64,000 nucleotides of DNA from Candidatus Versatilivorator sp. (GTDB taxonomy: Bacteria; Acidobacteriota; Terriglobia; Versatilivoradales; Versatilivoraceae): assembly GCA_965207735.1 (NCBI GenBank), contig OZ242296.1:864001-928000 (forward strand). The letters run 5' to 3'. The translations under genes were made by a program, and so were the position numbers. The notes beneath the pieces are model-generated. The model worked only from the letters and a program-made list of their open reading frames with translations, was not told where the DNA came from and made no database searches. Positions 19,714 to 29,238 of the stretch are shown here, piece by piece (the first letter of the stretch is position 1; the number at the start of each line of letters is the position of its first letter).

Positions 19714-20829
19714 TTGAGTAAACGCGATTACTACGAAGTGCTCGGTGTTTCCAAGTCGGCCAGCGACCAGGAGGTCAAGAGCGCCTATCGCAGGCAGGCC
19801 GTCAAGTACCACCCCGACAAGAATCCGGGAGACCAGTCCACCGAGGAAAAATTCAAGGAAGCGGCCCAAGCCTACAGTGTCCTGGGCGATCCGCAGAAAC
19901 GGGCCCAATACGACCGCTTCGGCCACAGTTCGGTCAGTGGCAGCGGGGGCGCCGGCTTCGATCCCACCATCTTTTCGGAGTTCGGAGACATATTTGGCGA
20001 CTTTTTTGGTTTTGGAGATCTGTTCGGCGCCTCTTCCCGCCGCCAATCTTCCGCCCGCAGGGGAGCCGACCTCCGCTACGACCTGCAGATCGACTTCATG
20101 GACGCGGCATTTGGAATGAAGACCAGGATCAAAGTGCCGCGCATGGAAGCGTGCGGTACCTGCCAGGGTTCCGGCGTTCCGCCCGGGGCAGCGCCTTCAA
20201 CCTGTCCCACTTGCCACGGACAGGGCCAGATGCGTTACCAGCAGGGGTTTTTCAGCATCAGCCGCACCTGCCACCATTGCCATGGCTCGGGCCGTCTGAT
20301 CAAGGACCATTGCAGCCACTGCCGGGGAGAGGGGCGCATCCAGCGGGAGCGCTTCCTGCAGGTGACGATTCCGGCCGGAGTGGACACCGGTTCCAGGGTG
20401 CGGTACACCGGAGAGGGCGAGGGCGGTCTTCAGGGAGGGCCGCCGGGAGACCTGTACGTGGTCCTGAGGGTGGGTGACCATGAGATCTTCGAGCGCCAGG
20501 AGAATGATATTCATTGCAGGATTCCCATCAGCTATACCCAGGCCGCATTGGGCGCCACCATCACGGTCCCTACCCTTGAAGGAGAAGAAAACCTGTCAAT
20601 CCCGCCAGGCACTCAAAGTGGCAAAGTCTTTCGCCTGAGGGGCAAGGGCATCCCCGGTGTCAACGGCCGCGGGCGTGGAGACGAATTCGTCTCCGTCAAC
20701 GTGGTCACGCCCAGGAAGCTCAATCGGGAACAGCGCCGCTTGCTGGAGCAGTTGGCGCAATTGACTCCGCTGGAGAACAAGCCGCTGGAGCGGGGATTGT
20801 TCGATCGGGTCAAGGACATCCTGGGTTGA
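19714..20829 (+). CDS. dnaJ: Chaperone DnaJ
   Basis: J domain with HPD, G/F-rich region, four CxxCxGxG repeats; TTG start after GGAGG. Confidence 0.97.
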   Translation: MSKRDYYEVLGVSKSASDQEVKSAYRRQAVKYHPDKNPGDQSTEEKFKEAAQAYSVLGDPQKRAQYDRFGHSSVSGSGGAGFDPTIFSEFGDIFGDFFGFGDLFGASSRRQSSARRGADLRYDLQIDFMDAAFGMKTRIKVPRMEACGTCQGSGVPPGAAPSTCPTCHGQGQMRYQQGFFSISRTCHHCHGSGRLIKDHCSHCRGEGRIQRERFLQVTIPAGVDTGSRVRYTGEGEGGLQGGPPGDLYVVLRVGDHEIFERQENDIHCRIPISYTQAALGATITVPTLEGEENLSIPPGTQSGKVFRLRGKGIPGVNGRGRGDEFVSVNVVTPRKLNREQRRLLEQLAQLTPLENKPLERGLFDRVKDILG

Positions 20830-20954
20830 TCGCAAAGACCCGCCTCTTGCCTGTGGAATTTCCCCGCACCGACAGGCCCTAGACGGGACCTCCTCCACCT
20901 GGTTCCGGCTCATCGGAACCTGCAGCCGGAACCGCCCTTCTCCACAAAGCATCC

Positions 20955-21818
20955 ATGCGGCAATGGTATTTTCTCCAGTTCTCCCTTCACCCCCGGCATC
21001 TTGAATCGGCTTCGACCGTCGTCGCCGAAATAGGGACCCGAGGCATCCACGAACAACCTCTGAAGTCCGGCGAGGTCCTGCTGAAGGCCTACTTCGATCC
21101 TTCCACAGACATCAGTCGGGTCCGGCGGGATTTCCAGGCGCTATGCCGGGAGTCTGCCGTCCCTCTTGCAGGCTGCGCCATCGGAATCGAGGCAGAGAAG
21201 GACTGGCTGAGGGAATGGCGCCAGCGCCTGAAGCCGTTTCCTGTCGGCGCCCGCTGGTGGATCAACCCTGGGGCGGGACCATCCCCGGCCGCCGTCCAGA
21301 ACCGCATCCCCATCTGGTTGGAGCCCCAAATGGCCTTTGGATCCGGAACGCACGAATCGACCCAACTCTGCTTGGAGGTGCTGGAGACACTGCCCTTGAC
21401 CGGCACAACGGTGCTCGACATCGGCACCGGCTCCGGTATTCTGGCGATCGCCGCCGCCAAACTGGGCGCTGAATGTATCCTGGCCTGCGATATCGACCCT
21501 GTCGCCGTTCAGGTGGCCAAGTCCAACTTTAGTCGCAATCGAGTTGACCAACCGATCCGCCTGTTCACGGGAGAAGTCGAGGCCCTCGGCCGGCGCGGAT
21601 TCGACGTCATCCTGGCCAACCTGGAAGGCAACCTGATCGACCAAAAACTGAAGCACTTCGGCCAACATCTCAAGCCGGAGGGCCGCCTTGTTCTCTCCGG
21701 TTTGCTGGGACGGGATGCGATCCGCATTCGCCGGTCGGCACGGATTCGAAACCTGCCGCTGACCCTGCTGGAAGATCTTGCCAAGGGGGAATGGCGGTGC
21801 CTGGTGTTCTGTCTCTGA
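20955..21818 (+). CDS. prmA: Ribosomal protein L11 methyltransferase
   Basis: PQMAFGSGTHESTQLCL, VLDIGTGSGILAI; located after dnaJ. Confidence 0.93.
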   Translation: MRQWYFLQFSLHPRHLESASTVVAEIGTRGIHEQPLKSGEVLLKAYFDPSTDISRVRRDFQALCRESAVPLAGCAIGIEAEKDWLREWRQRLKPFPVGARWWINPGAGPSPAAVQNRIPIWLEPQMAFGSGTHESTQLCLEVLETLPLTGTTVLDIGTGSGILAIAAAKLGAECILACDIDPVAVQVAKSNFSRNRVDQPIRLFTGEVEALGRRGFDVILANLEGNLIDQKLKHFGQHLKPEGRLVLSGLLGRDAIRIRRSARIRNLPLTLLEDLAKGEWRCLVFCL

Positions 21819-21832
21819 AATAGGGGTCAGCC

Positions 21833-22570
21833 ATGCCGGTCCGAAGATTCTTTCTAGCCACCCCCCCCAGCGGAACCGTCGCCATGCTGGAGGATCGGGA
21901 GGCATACCACCTGATTCATGTCCTGCGGGCGGAGGTCGGCGCCGTCGTGGAACTCATCGATGGAAAGGGACGTTTATGGTCGGCACGGGTCGGGGCGATC
22001 TTGGAGGACCGGGTCCGGTTGGTGGAGGTGGCTCTGCTCTCGGAGATAGCCGCGCCAGAGGTCAGACTGACGCTGATCCAGGCCCTCTGCAAATCCGATC
22101 GGTTGGCCTGGATTCTCCAGAAGGCCACCGAACTGGAGGTTTCAGAGATTTACCTGGTTCACGCTCGGCGTTCCGTGGTCAGGATATCCCGCGACCGGCA
22201 ACCCGCCAAGCTGGAACGCTGGAAGACCATCCTTGTCAACGCGGCCAAGCAGTGCCGTCGTTCGACCATACCCACCCTCCATCCACCCCTGGACTGCCGG
22301 GAGGTGTGCGAAACCGTTGAATCCACGCTGAAGCTTCTGCTTCAGGCCTCCCCCCAGGCCATTCCCCTCAAGAAGCTGCTAAAAGGCAAGTCCTGGAAGT
22401 CGGTCGCCTTTGCCGTGGGCCCTGAAGGCGGATGGACCGACGAGGAAAGCCAAACCTTTCTGCGCAGCGGATTTCAACCGGCCGACCTGGGCAACAGCAG
22501 GCTGAGAACCGAGACCGCGGCCACGGTTGCGGCAGCGCTTTTGCGGTACGAGCTGTTTCCTGGAAATTGA
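21833..22570 (+). CDS. rsmE: 16S rRNA m3U1498 methyltransferase
   Basis: HLIHVLR, QKATEL, VGPEGG, LRTETA. Confidence 0.94.
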   Translation: MPVRRFFLATPPSGTVAMLEDREAYHLIHVLRAEVGAVVELIDGKGRLWSARVGAILEDRVRLVEVALLSEIAAPEVRLTLIQALCKSDRLAWILQKATELEVSEIYLVHARRSVVRISRDRQPAKLERWKTILVNAAKQCRRSTIPTLHPPLDCREVCETVESTLKLLLQASPQAIPLKKLLKGKSWKSVAFAVGPEGGWTDEESQTFLRSGFQPADLGNSRLRTETAATVAAALLRYELFPGN

Positions 22571-22605
22571 TTGCTTCCGAACTGACCTTGAAATAGTATC
22601 CGCAC

Positions 22606-23556
22606 TTGATGAAACAGGACGTCCCGAAGTCCATTCGCCCGACATCGCGCCTCGGCCGCTCCCATCCGTCCACTGCTTGCCGCCCCGTCGTCCGATGGAC
22701 TGTCCGTTCCTTCCGACGACCTTGCTCCCTATTGCTGGTTCTGGCGGCATTTGCCCTTCCCTCGGCCGCACAGCAGCGCCCTTTGCAAACCGAAGATCCT
22801 ACCATCCTGAAAGCAGGTCGCGCCTCCCTGGAATTCGGCTTCGATTTCCTGCAGGACGCCCAATTTCCAGTCTCGGGATTGAGAGGAGATCAGACCAGCC
22901 TGGGAGTCATGGGACTGCATATCAGTCTGGCCGGGGTGGCGGAAGTGCAGATGGACTGGACGGCCCACAACCTGCTCTCGGTAACCGAGGCCTCCCCTGC
23001 CCCGGTGAGACCCCATTTGAGTTCAGGCGGGACCGCAACCAGCGACTACGGGGACCTCTTTCTCTCCACCAAGATACGCATGCTGCACGAAGCAGGCCCC
23101 AAGCCCTCCTTCGGTTTCTTTACCTCGGTTCAGGTGCCCAATGCTTCCACGGCCAAGGGGTTGGGCCTGAACGCTACCCAATATCGCGGTGGCATTCTGG
23201 TGGGAAAACACTTCGGCAAGCTGCATGTCTTTGGCAACCTCGGCTTGGGAATTCTGGCCAACCCCGTGCTGGCGGGGGTGCAAAACGACGTCATGCTCTA
23301 TGGACTGGCCGGGGTCTACCCTCTCACCTCCAAGGTCAATCTGGCCGGAGAGGTGTTCGGCCACCGCAACAGCCGACACCAGGCGCCCCTGGGAACCGAG
23401 AGCCTCTCCCAGTTCCGCCTGGGACTTCAGATCCATGCCGGCGGTCTGCGCTGGGATGTCGGCGCCCTGGCCGGGCTGGCGGACCACTCCCCCCGGTCGG
23501 GAATCGTGTTTGGCCTGACCAAGCAGTTCGATTCCTTCCTCTCGCCCAAGAAGTAA
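22606..23556 (+). CDS. Hypothetical exported protein, probable outer-membrane beta-barrel (start uncertain)
   Basis: Signal-like LLLVLAAFALPSAAQQ, then RPLQTEDP and alternating amphipathic strands. Confidence 0.65.
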   Translation: MMKQDVPKSIRPTSRLGRSHPSTACRPVVRWTVRSFRRPCSLLLVLAAFALPSAAQQRPLQTEDPTILKAGRASLEFGFDFLQDAQFPVSGLRGDQTSLGVMGLHISLAGVAEVQMDWTAHNLLSVTEASPAPVRPHLSSGGTATSDYGDLFLSTKIRMLHEAGPKPSFGFFTSVQVPNASTAKGLGLNATQYRGGILVGKHFGKLHVFGNLGLGILANPVLAGVQNDVMLYGLAGVYPLTSKVNLAGEVFGHRNSRHQAPLGTESLSQFRLGLQIHAGGLRWDVGALAGLADHSPRSGIVFGLTKQFDSFLSPKK

Positions 23557-23594
23557 CCCAGGGACGCAAGCCCTCCATTCCCCAATTGAAGCAA

Positions 23595-24893
23595 TTAAGG
23601 CGCGATGGCCAGGAATCTGGGTTGCACACCAATTCCACCGATGCTTGTTTCCACTTGTCCGGTGCCGGTATCAATGCTAAGCAAGGTCCTCGTCTCAGGG
23701 CTGATGGCAAAGAGGTCCCTGCTGTCGCTGCTCAACACTAGATCGCTGAATGGCACGGTGGTCCTGAAAATCCCCTCACGGGTCCAGGAGCTTGTGGTGT
23801 CGAAGATGTGGATCTCATCGGCCGTGAGCGACGTGTGTACAAGCTCTTTCGGGGCACAGCCAACAAATGCTCTATTGCCATTGGGGGAACGGCGTAAACC
23901 TCCGACATGAAGGACCCTGTGGGACTCACTCAATCGAGGAGCCAGCGTTGGATTGATCCGAAATGGACTTACCCCAATCCGTGCCTCATATATCTCTCCG
24001 TTGTTCATAATCAGTCCGAGTTTCCGAGCATCGGCTGAAGGACATATCTGCGCCAGGGGTCTCTTCAATACCCTCCTACCCGTGGCAACTGAGGAGAGGC
24101 CCAATGGCACTTCCACTGTCTGAGATTCCTTCAAGGAACCGTCGGCAGCTAGGTTGATCAAACGAGGCCCACGGGAGCCGCACTGTACAACCAACTGCCA
24201 TGACCCGGAGACCGGAATGATTTTGGGAAAGCCACAATCGGGCAACCCGGCCTCCTGGGGCAAGAACTTTTCCCTGATTGTGTCGAAGGTTTGTATCGTT
24301 TGCGCGTCCACACCTGGCCGAATCGAGCGACTCTTGGCAACGTAGACGAAACGGCCGTCTGGCGACACGGCCAGTCCCCCCGGAGCGGGCAACGTGTAAG
24401 TCAGTCTATCGGAAAGCTTGACTCGCTGTAGCAGAACCCCGGACGCGGTATCGATTGCCCAGAGCTCACCGGAGAACACTCCCGAGCCAGTGGGACCGGG
24501 CTGCCCCGACACAATGTAGAGACGGGCCCCATCAGGAGACAGAGCAAAGAAAGGAGCATAACCGGCTTCCAGTCCTCCCTTGACCCCCTCTTTTGGATCT
24601 ACCAGCCAAACCACGGACTTGTCAGCTCCAACCCTTGGATCCAGTACATACAACCAACCCGATTCTGGCTCGGACCAGCCGTTGGAGGGCTTGGCCGGTG
24701 CTGAGTAGCAGGCTGTTAGGGAAGCGACAGCTACAAACGAAAGACAGAGAACAGCTCCGCCAAGCAGGACGCTTGCCTGCCATGTTCGATGTAGTCGGTT
24801 CCTCTGACCTCCGCAGGTCCTACCTCCCTTTGATTTTGTGGAAAGAATAGACATTGATCTCCTGCTCACGCTCTCGCCGGGGATAGGTGACAA
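23595..24893 (-). CDS. Putative lipoprotein with beta-propeller fold (YncE / amine-dehydrogenase-heavy-chain-like)
   Basis: Hydrophobic stretch ending SLTAC (lipobox); repeated blades LSPDGARLYIV, VSPDGRFVYVA, SPNGNRAFV, LSSDSRDLFA; visibly lower GC. Confidence 0.7.
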   Translation of the reverse strand: MSPIPGESVSRRSMSILSTKSKGGRTCGGQRNRLHRTWQASVLLGGAVLCLSFVAVASLTACYSAPAKPSNGWSEPESGWLYVLDPRVGADKSVVWLVDPKEGVKGGLEAGYAPFFALSPDGARLYIVSGQPGPTGSGVFSGELWAIDTASGVLLQRVKLSDRLTYTLPAPGGLAVSPDGRFVYVAKSRSIRPGVDAQTIQTFDTIREKFLPQEAGLPDCGFPKIIPVSGSWQLVVQCGSRGPRLINLAADGSLKESQTVEVPLGLSSVATGRRVLKRPLAQICPSADARKLGLIMNNGEIYEARIGVSPFRINPTLAPRLSESHRVLHVGGLRRSPNGNRAFVGCAPKELVHTSLTADEIHIFDTTSSWTREGIFRTTVPFSDLVLSSDSRDLFAISPETRTLLSIDTGTGQVETSIGGIGVQPRFLAIAP

Positions 24894-25001
24894 TACATAT
24901 GAAACACTGTACTTGGTGTTCTTTCGTGCACCTGTTCCCAGCAGCCTGTCAGAGAATGCAGCGGAGAACGTCGGATCGCGACCCGACGCCGTTCGGCTGA
25001 A

Positions 25002-25874
25002 TCAGCCTGAATCGGATTCGAAAAAACTGCGTTGACTCTGGTTGAAAACGTAGTCGCTTTCGCTCAAGTGAATAACTTGTAACGCCTCGTGAACCAGCAC
25101 TCTCTCCGGCACGCCCTCTGATGTCATGACAGTCGATGTCGTGTGGTCGCTATCGCAGAAAGCAGCATACAGTAGCGATTGAAGCCCAAACAGGGCTAGG
25201 CGCGCAAGCGACCTGACCCAAACGACTCTGTCATTGCGTTCGTACCAATCGGTCGTATTTTGATCCCAATCCTTTGTGATCGGCATGTCCGCATTCCCGT
25301 GTACCAGATAATTCCTTGCCGCCCGACACAGGTAAAAGAAGTAAAGTTCCTTTGGCAGCTCTTGACCACGTTTCTTTATTCTCTTGCTGACGGCGCATAT
25401 GTACTCATCAAGAACAACATCCGGTGCCTTCGCATGCGTCTCTTGCTCGACCTCATGTAACCCAAAAAATCGAATTCGAGCACCCCTTTCTTCGACAAAT
25501 TTGACCGCCAGTCCGATGCGATTTTGCCGCGACAAAGTACATAGGCTGTTGATCGTCATCTCTAAGGCCATCCAGACCCACACGAACTTCGTGACCTCCG
25601 CAACATACACAGAAATCAACTTGCTCTGTGCATCATCGTAATTGGCGGCCAAACGGCAATACAAGCCACTGCCAGTATCATCTACGTAGCTTGTATCGGC
25701 TGTAATCCCAGATATGCTGGCGGCAAATTGGAGTGGCGTGGACACGGCTTCCCAATTCTTATTGACCAACGGGCTCTATGGAACATCAACATCTCTTGCA
25801 ATCAGTCTCCAAAGTCGAGCCGTATGTTCACGCATATCTATAAGAGTTGCATCTTCTGAAACATGAATTCTCAT
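25002..25874 (-). pseudogene. HEPN-motif protein gene with one in-frame TAG at codon 33 (pseudogene, readthrough or restart at TTG 25769)
   Basis: ATG 25874 reads MRIHVSED...RDVDVP-TAG(25778-25776)-SPLVNKNW in frame with the 255-aa ORF; contains FVWVWMALE and RNYLVHG (Rx4H); low GC. Confidence 0.6.
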
Positions 25875-25880
25875 GGTAGA

Positions 25881-25945
25881 GCCTCACGACGGTAGTTAAG
25901 CCGGTGCATGATGGTAACAATCAGGTCTTCAGCGACTCATTCGAA
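25881..25945 (-). mobile_element. Degenerate integron attC-like site
   Basis: Minus strand TTCGAAT-GAGTC-GCTGAAG...GCTTAACT-ACCGTC-GTGAGGC, 65 bp, ending 6 nt before the ATG; a GCCGAAC R''-like box follows the gene stop (24997-24991). Confidence 0.45.
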
Positions 25946-26061
25946 CAAATGTGATCTCGGGTGAGAAAAGCAGGCGATAGGGTGAACCACGGAGGATACG
26001 AAGTTACACCCTACAATTCCCAACATCTGGTCTCGGCGGCGAGCACGGGTAGTTTTCCGAC

Positions 26062-26304
26062 TAACAATGATGCACAGGATTAACAGGACTTTTTGTTGAT
26101 GGTCCGGTCTACGTGCTCCGGCATGAGAGTGTTCACCCCCTGGGATTCGGCCATTTCCCTTTCATGAAAAACGATTCCCAAACACACTCTCCCAGGCTCT
26201 TGGATTACAGCTCACGAGCACCCGATCCGCGAGCGAGTCAGCATTCGGAGCAGCAGCCTCTCGTCCTGTTAATCCTGTCTATCCTGTGCATCGATGTTCA
26301 ATAA
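26062..26304 (-). mobile_element. Inverted-repeat-bounded non-autonomous element with decayed GxxExxY gene fragment, copy 1
   Basis: Ends GATGCACAGGATTAACAGGAC and GTCCTGTTAATCCTGTCTATCCTGTGCATCGATGTTCAATAA; the interior translates ERLLLRMLTRSRIGCS*AVIQEPG; homologous to 56842-57051. Confidence 0.65.
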
Positions 26305-26389
26305 TGCGGCAAATCGAATTAGAGGGCTATTGAGGAAGGATTTTGGAGCCGCCGTCCCCCGATCCACGATGCGTCGGACAGGGCCAGGC

Positions 26390-27001
26390 TCAGGCCGATG
26401 TGGGAATCAGAGGAGGGGCGCTTCGGGATTCGAATTGCGAGATCAGGTCTTCGTGCCGCAGCGTGAGGCCGATATCGTCCCAACCGTTGAGGAGGCAGCG
26501 ACGCCGGAATGGATCGACCTCGAAGCCGAAGCTCATCCCGCCGTCGGCTTGAATCTGCTGCGTCCGCAGGTCGACCGTCATTTGAAAACCCGGGGTTTCC
26601 CGAACGCGTTGAAAAATGGTTTCCACCTGCTCCTCGGAAAGCCGCACCGGGAGCAAACCGTTCTTGAAGCAGTTGTTGAAGAAGATGTCCGCGAACGAGG
26701 GAGCGATGATGCAGCGGAAACCGTAGTCCATCAGCGCCCAGGGGGCGTGCTCCCGCGAGGAGCCGCATCCGAAGTTGGCTCGGGCCACCAGGATGCCGGC
26801 CCCACGATAGCGTTCTTCATTCAACTCAAATTCAGGATTGAGGGCCTCGCCATCCAGAAAGCGCCAATCGTAGAAGAGGAACTGGCCGAAGCCGGTTCGT
26901 TCAATCCGCTTCAGGAACTGCTTGGGAATAATCTGGTCCGTATCCACGTTGGGCAGATCCAGCGGCGCCACCACTCCGTGAACGTTCTCAAAGGATTCCA
27001 T
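26390..27001 (-). CDS. leuD: 3-isopropylmalate dehydratase small subunit
   Basis: [38 protein letters not shown]. Confidence 0.97.
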   Translation of the reverse strand: MESFENVHGVVAPLDLPNVDTDQIIPKQFLKRIERTGFGQFLFYDWRFLDGEALNPEFELNEERYRGAGILVARANFGCGSSREHAPWALMDYGFRCIIAPSFADIFFNNCFKNGLLPVRLSEEQVETIFQRVRETPGFQMTVDLRTQQIQADGGMSFGFEVDPFRRRCLLNGWDDIGLTLRHEDLISQFESRSAPPLIPTSA

Positions 27002-27027
27002 AGTTGGCAACCTCGGTGATCAGGCAT

Positions 27028-27250
27028 GCCCCCGCCCTGCCGTGCGGATCATACGAGAGCAAAACAATCGGATATCAACAATCTTTTCGCGACCTTGGTA
27101 CCCCGTCGCGGTTAACCTCAGCGCCTTAGTGGCCTTCGTGGTCCTTCGTGCCCCTTCGTGGATAAGTCTTTATTCTTTTGTCTTTTTTCGGTTGTTTCAG
27201 GCAAGCCGGGCCCCTGCCCTGTCGGGCAGATCATCCGAGGGTGAAACAGG
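27028..27250. repeat. Dispersed repeat family B between leuC and leuD
   Basis: The 27028-27190 portion matches about 57124-57290 (TCGCGACCTTGGTACCCCGTCGCGGTTAACCTCA...CCTTCGTGCCCCTTCGTGGAT); a second copy of its first ~38 nt lies at about 27210-27248. Confidence 0.8.
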
Positions 27251-27256
27251 GTTGTT

Positions 27257-28660
27257 TCAGACAAGTTCGTACTGCCTGACATCGACCAGATGGCCTTCAA
27301 TGGCCGCGGCCGCCGCCATGATGGGACTGACCAAATGGGTCCGTCCGCCCTTTCCCTGTCTCCCCTCGAAATTACGGTTGGAGGTGGACACGCACCGTTG
27401 GCCCGGGCTGAGAATGTCAGGATTCATCCCCAGGCACATCGAGCACCCCGATTCCCGCCAGTCGAATCCGGACTCCCGAAACAATTGGTGCAGTCCCTCC
27501 TTCTCCGCTTGCCATTTGACCTGTTGAGAGCCGGGCACCACCATGGCCTGAACACCGGAAGAAACACGCCTCCCCTCGACAAAGCGGGCCGCCGATCGCA
27601 GGTCCTCCAGGCGGGAGTTGGTGCAGGATCCGATGAAGACCCGATCCACCGCAATGTCAACCAGCGGCGTGCCCGGTTTCAGAGCCATGTATTCCAGAGC
27701 TCGCTCGGCAGACTTGCGTGCGTTGGGGTCATCGAACTCCGCCGGGTCCGGGACCCGGGAATCAATGGAGGTCACCTGGCCCGGATTGGTGCCCCAGGTG
27801 ACCTGTGGACTCAACCCGGCCGCCTCGATGTGGATGGTGTTGTCGAATTCCGCTCCAGGATCGCCGGCCAACTCCTTCCAGCCGGCAACGGCCTTTTCGA
27901 AATCCGCCGGCGCATACTTTCGGCCCCGGAGATAGTTGAAAGTCGTGTCGTCCGGGGCAATCATCCCGGCCCGGGCGCCTCCCTCGATCGACATGTTGCA
28001 AACGGTCATGCGCTCTTCCATGGTCAGGTCCCGGATGGTTCGGCCGGCGTACTCAATCACCGATCCTGCCCCGCCACTGGTCCCGATCCTGCCGATGATT
28101 GAAAGAATAATATCTTTCGCCTCAACACCATAGGGGCGTTGGCCCTCCACCTGGATCAACAGGGTCCTGGGTTTGTCCTGGAGCAGACACTGGGTGGCCA
28201 GCACATGTTCCACCTCGCTGGTGCCGATCCCGAAAGACAGGGCTCCGAAGGCACCGTGGGTAGAGGTATGGCTGTCTCCGCACACCAGGGTCAACCCGGG
28301 AAGCGTCAGGCCAAGTTCCGGACCGATCACGTGCACGATGCCCTGGAACGGACTGTCCAGATCGAACAGCTCGATCCCGAACTCCCGGCAGTTATCCTCC
28401 AGCGTTCGGACCTGTCTGGCCGCAATGGGGTCGCGGATGGGCAGCCCGCGGTTCGTGGTCGGGATATTGTGGTCCATGGTTGCAAAGGTAAGATCCGGCC
28501 GCCGAACCTTCCTTTCCGCCAGGCGAAGTCCCTCGAACGCCTGCGGGGAGGTCACTTCGTGCACCAGGTGGCGGTCGATGTAGAGGGTGGAGGGTTGGCC
28601 CGGCTCTTCCCGAACCAGGTGGGCTCTCCAGATCTTTTCGAACAGGGTCTGTGGCTTCAT
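27257..28660 (-). CDS. leuC: 3-isopropylmalate dehydratase large subunit
   Basis: [51 protein letters not shown]. Confidence 0.98.
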   Translation of the reverse strand: MKPQTLFEKIWRAHLVREEPGQPSTLYIDRHLVHEVTSPQAFEGLRLAERKVRRPDLTFATMDHNIPTTNRGLPIRDPIAARQVRTLEDNCREFGIELFDLDSPFQGIVHVIGPELGLTLPGLTLVCGDSHTSTHGAFGALSFGIGTSEVEHVLATQCLLQDKPRTLLIQVEGQRPYGVEAKDIILSIIGRIGTSGGAGSVIEYAGRTIRDLTMEERMTVCNMSIEGGARAGMIAPDDTTFNYLRGRKYAPADFEKAVAGWKELAGDPGAEFDNTIHIEAAGLSPQVTWGTNPGQVTSIDSRVPDPAEFDDPNARKSAERALEYMALKPGTPLVDIAVDRVFIGSCTNSRLEDLRSAARFVEGRRVSSGVQAMVVPGSQQVKWQAEKEGLHQLFRESGFDWRESGCSMCLGMNPDILSPGQRCVSTSNRNFEGRQGKGGRTHLVSPIMAAAAAIEGHLVDVRQYELV

Positions 28661-28717
28661 ATTTGAGGAACCCCTCAGTGAATTTCCCGAAGACGATTAT
28701 AACCGCTACGGCAGCAG

Positions 28718-29191
28718 CTAATCGGACCGGATGAAGTGTCCGGATCGGCCACCAGACTTTTCCATGAGACGGATCTTACCGATTTCCATGGTGCGGTCAA
28801 TGGCCTTGCACATATCGTAAATGGTCAGCGCCGCCGCGGACACCGCAACCAGGGCTTCCATCTCGACCCCGGTCCTCCCTTCGGCCAGGGTGGTCGCTTC
28901 GATCTCCACCTCTGCGTCGGAAAGGGTGAATTCCACCTGGACGTGGCTCAGCATCAGGGAATGGCACAACGGGATCCACTGACCGGTGTTCTTGGCGGCC
29001 ATGATGCCCGCCAGCCGCGCGGCCTCCAGGACATTGCCCTTGGCCAGCCGGTTGTTGCGGATCTGGGCGATGGTTTCGGCAGACGCACTGACCTGGCCCC
29101 GGGCGCGGGCTCTCCGTTGAGTGACGGGCTTGGAGGACACGTCCACCATTTGCAGTCTGCCTGAATCGTCGAGGTGAGAAAACTGGCTCAT
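28718..29191 (-). CDS. moaC: Cyclic pyranopterin monophosphate synthase MoaC
   Basis: MVDVSSK, IPLCH, TGVEMEAL, YDMCKA, KSGG. Confidence 0.97.
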   Translation of the reverse strand: MSQFSHLDDSGRLQMVDVSSKPVTQRRARARGQVSASAETIAQIRNNRLAKGNVLEAARLAGIMAAKNTGQWIPLCHSLMLSHVQVEFTLSDAEVEIEATTLAEGRTGVEMEALVAVSAAALTIYDMCKAIDRTMEIGKIRLMEKSGGRSGHFIRSD

Positions 29192-29238
29192 GCTAAAGCT
29201 CCTCCCGGAAATAGCACGACCGAACCACGGTCCGGGAT

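Noticed and set aside
23595-26304. Prophage or integrative element
   Set aside because: No integrase, phage gene or flanking direct repeats; only a small low-GC patch.
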